A DNA stretch of 32,697 nt, from positions 1-32,697 of the forward strand of contig NW_025213386.1 in NCBI RefSeq assembly GCF_004010195.1, given 5' to 3'. This DNA is from Chiloscyllium plagiosum. Its lineage: Eukaryota. Numbering within the stretch: the stretch's first letter is position 1; the number at the start of each line of letters is the position of its first letter. Shown piece by piece: positions 32,255 to 32,697 of the stretch. Made by a program: the position numbers and the translations under genes. Below the pieces are notes generated by a model. That model was not told where the DNA came from. It saw nothing but the letters and a program-made list of their open reading frames with translations, and did no database searches.

Positions 32255-32697
32255 CATCGAGTATAGGAGATGGGAGGTCATGTTGCAGCTTACAGGACAT
32301 TAGTAAAGCTATTTTTGGAATATCGTGTGCAATTCTGTCTCCCTCCTACAGGAAGGATTTTGTGAAACTTGAAAGGGTTCAGAAAAGACATACAAGGATG
32401 TTGCCAGGGTTGGAGGGTTTGAGCTGAAGGGAGAGGCTGAATAGGCTGTTTTTCCTTGGGGTTTCAGAGGCTGAGGGGTGACCTTTCAAGGTTTATAAAA
32501 CCATGAGGGGCCTGGATACGGTCAATAGACAAGGCCTCTTCCCTGGGGTGGGGGACTCTAGAACTAGACAGCCTAGGTTTAGAGAGAGAGGGGAAAGATT
32601 TTAAAAGGGACCTAAGGGGCAACTTTTTCATGCAAAGAGTAGTGCATGTATGGATTGAGCAGCCAGAGGAAGTGGTGGAAGCTGGTACAATTACAAC
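32255..32697 (+). mobile_element. HER1/CR1 fragment in intron 2 (runs off the window end)
   Basis: IEYRRWEVMLQL..YRKDFVKLERVQKRHTRMLPGLEGLS motifs. Confidence 0.9.

Overview
Eukaryotic, repeat-rich DNA from a cartilaginous fish. The shark assignment is inferred from the HER1/CR1 LINEs, HE1 SINEs and Deu-type SINEs. The window holds the 5' half of one host gene on +, the sulfate transporter slc26a2. It has a GC/CCAAT-box promoter with a probable non-coding exon 1 (donor after 12271), a ~17.8 kb intron 1, and the first coding exon (30080-30703, ATG at 30092). Bases 1-5221 are a decayed Gypsy LTR retrotransposon (-) broken up by nested insertions whose target-site duplications (TSDs) are still readable. 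The rest is a mosaic of CR1/HER1, L1/Tx1, L2, SINE and Penelope-like element (PLE) fragments. Four things stand out. (1) Several short PLE-derived inserts carry hammerhead-ribozyme-type cores, and two of them are long fold-backs; one is a ~460-nt hairpin ending 180 nt before the slc26a2 acceptor. (2) The first coding exon would be a stop-free circle if back-spliced. (3) A Tx1 insert has two poly(A) tails. (4) Exon 1 contains a repeat/hairpin module with SOX-type motifs. Repeat boundaries without a TSD are approximate, and family names come from motif recognition, not database search.
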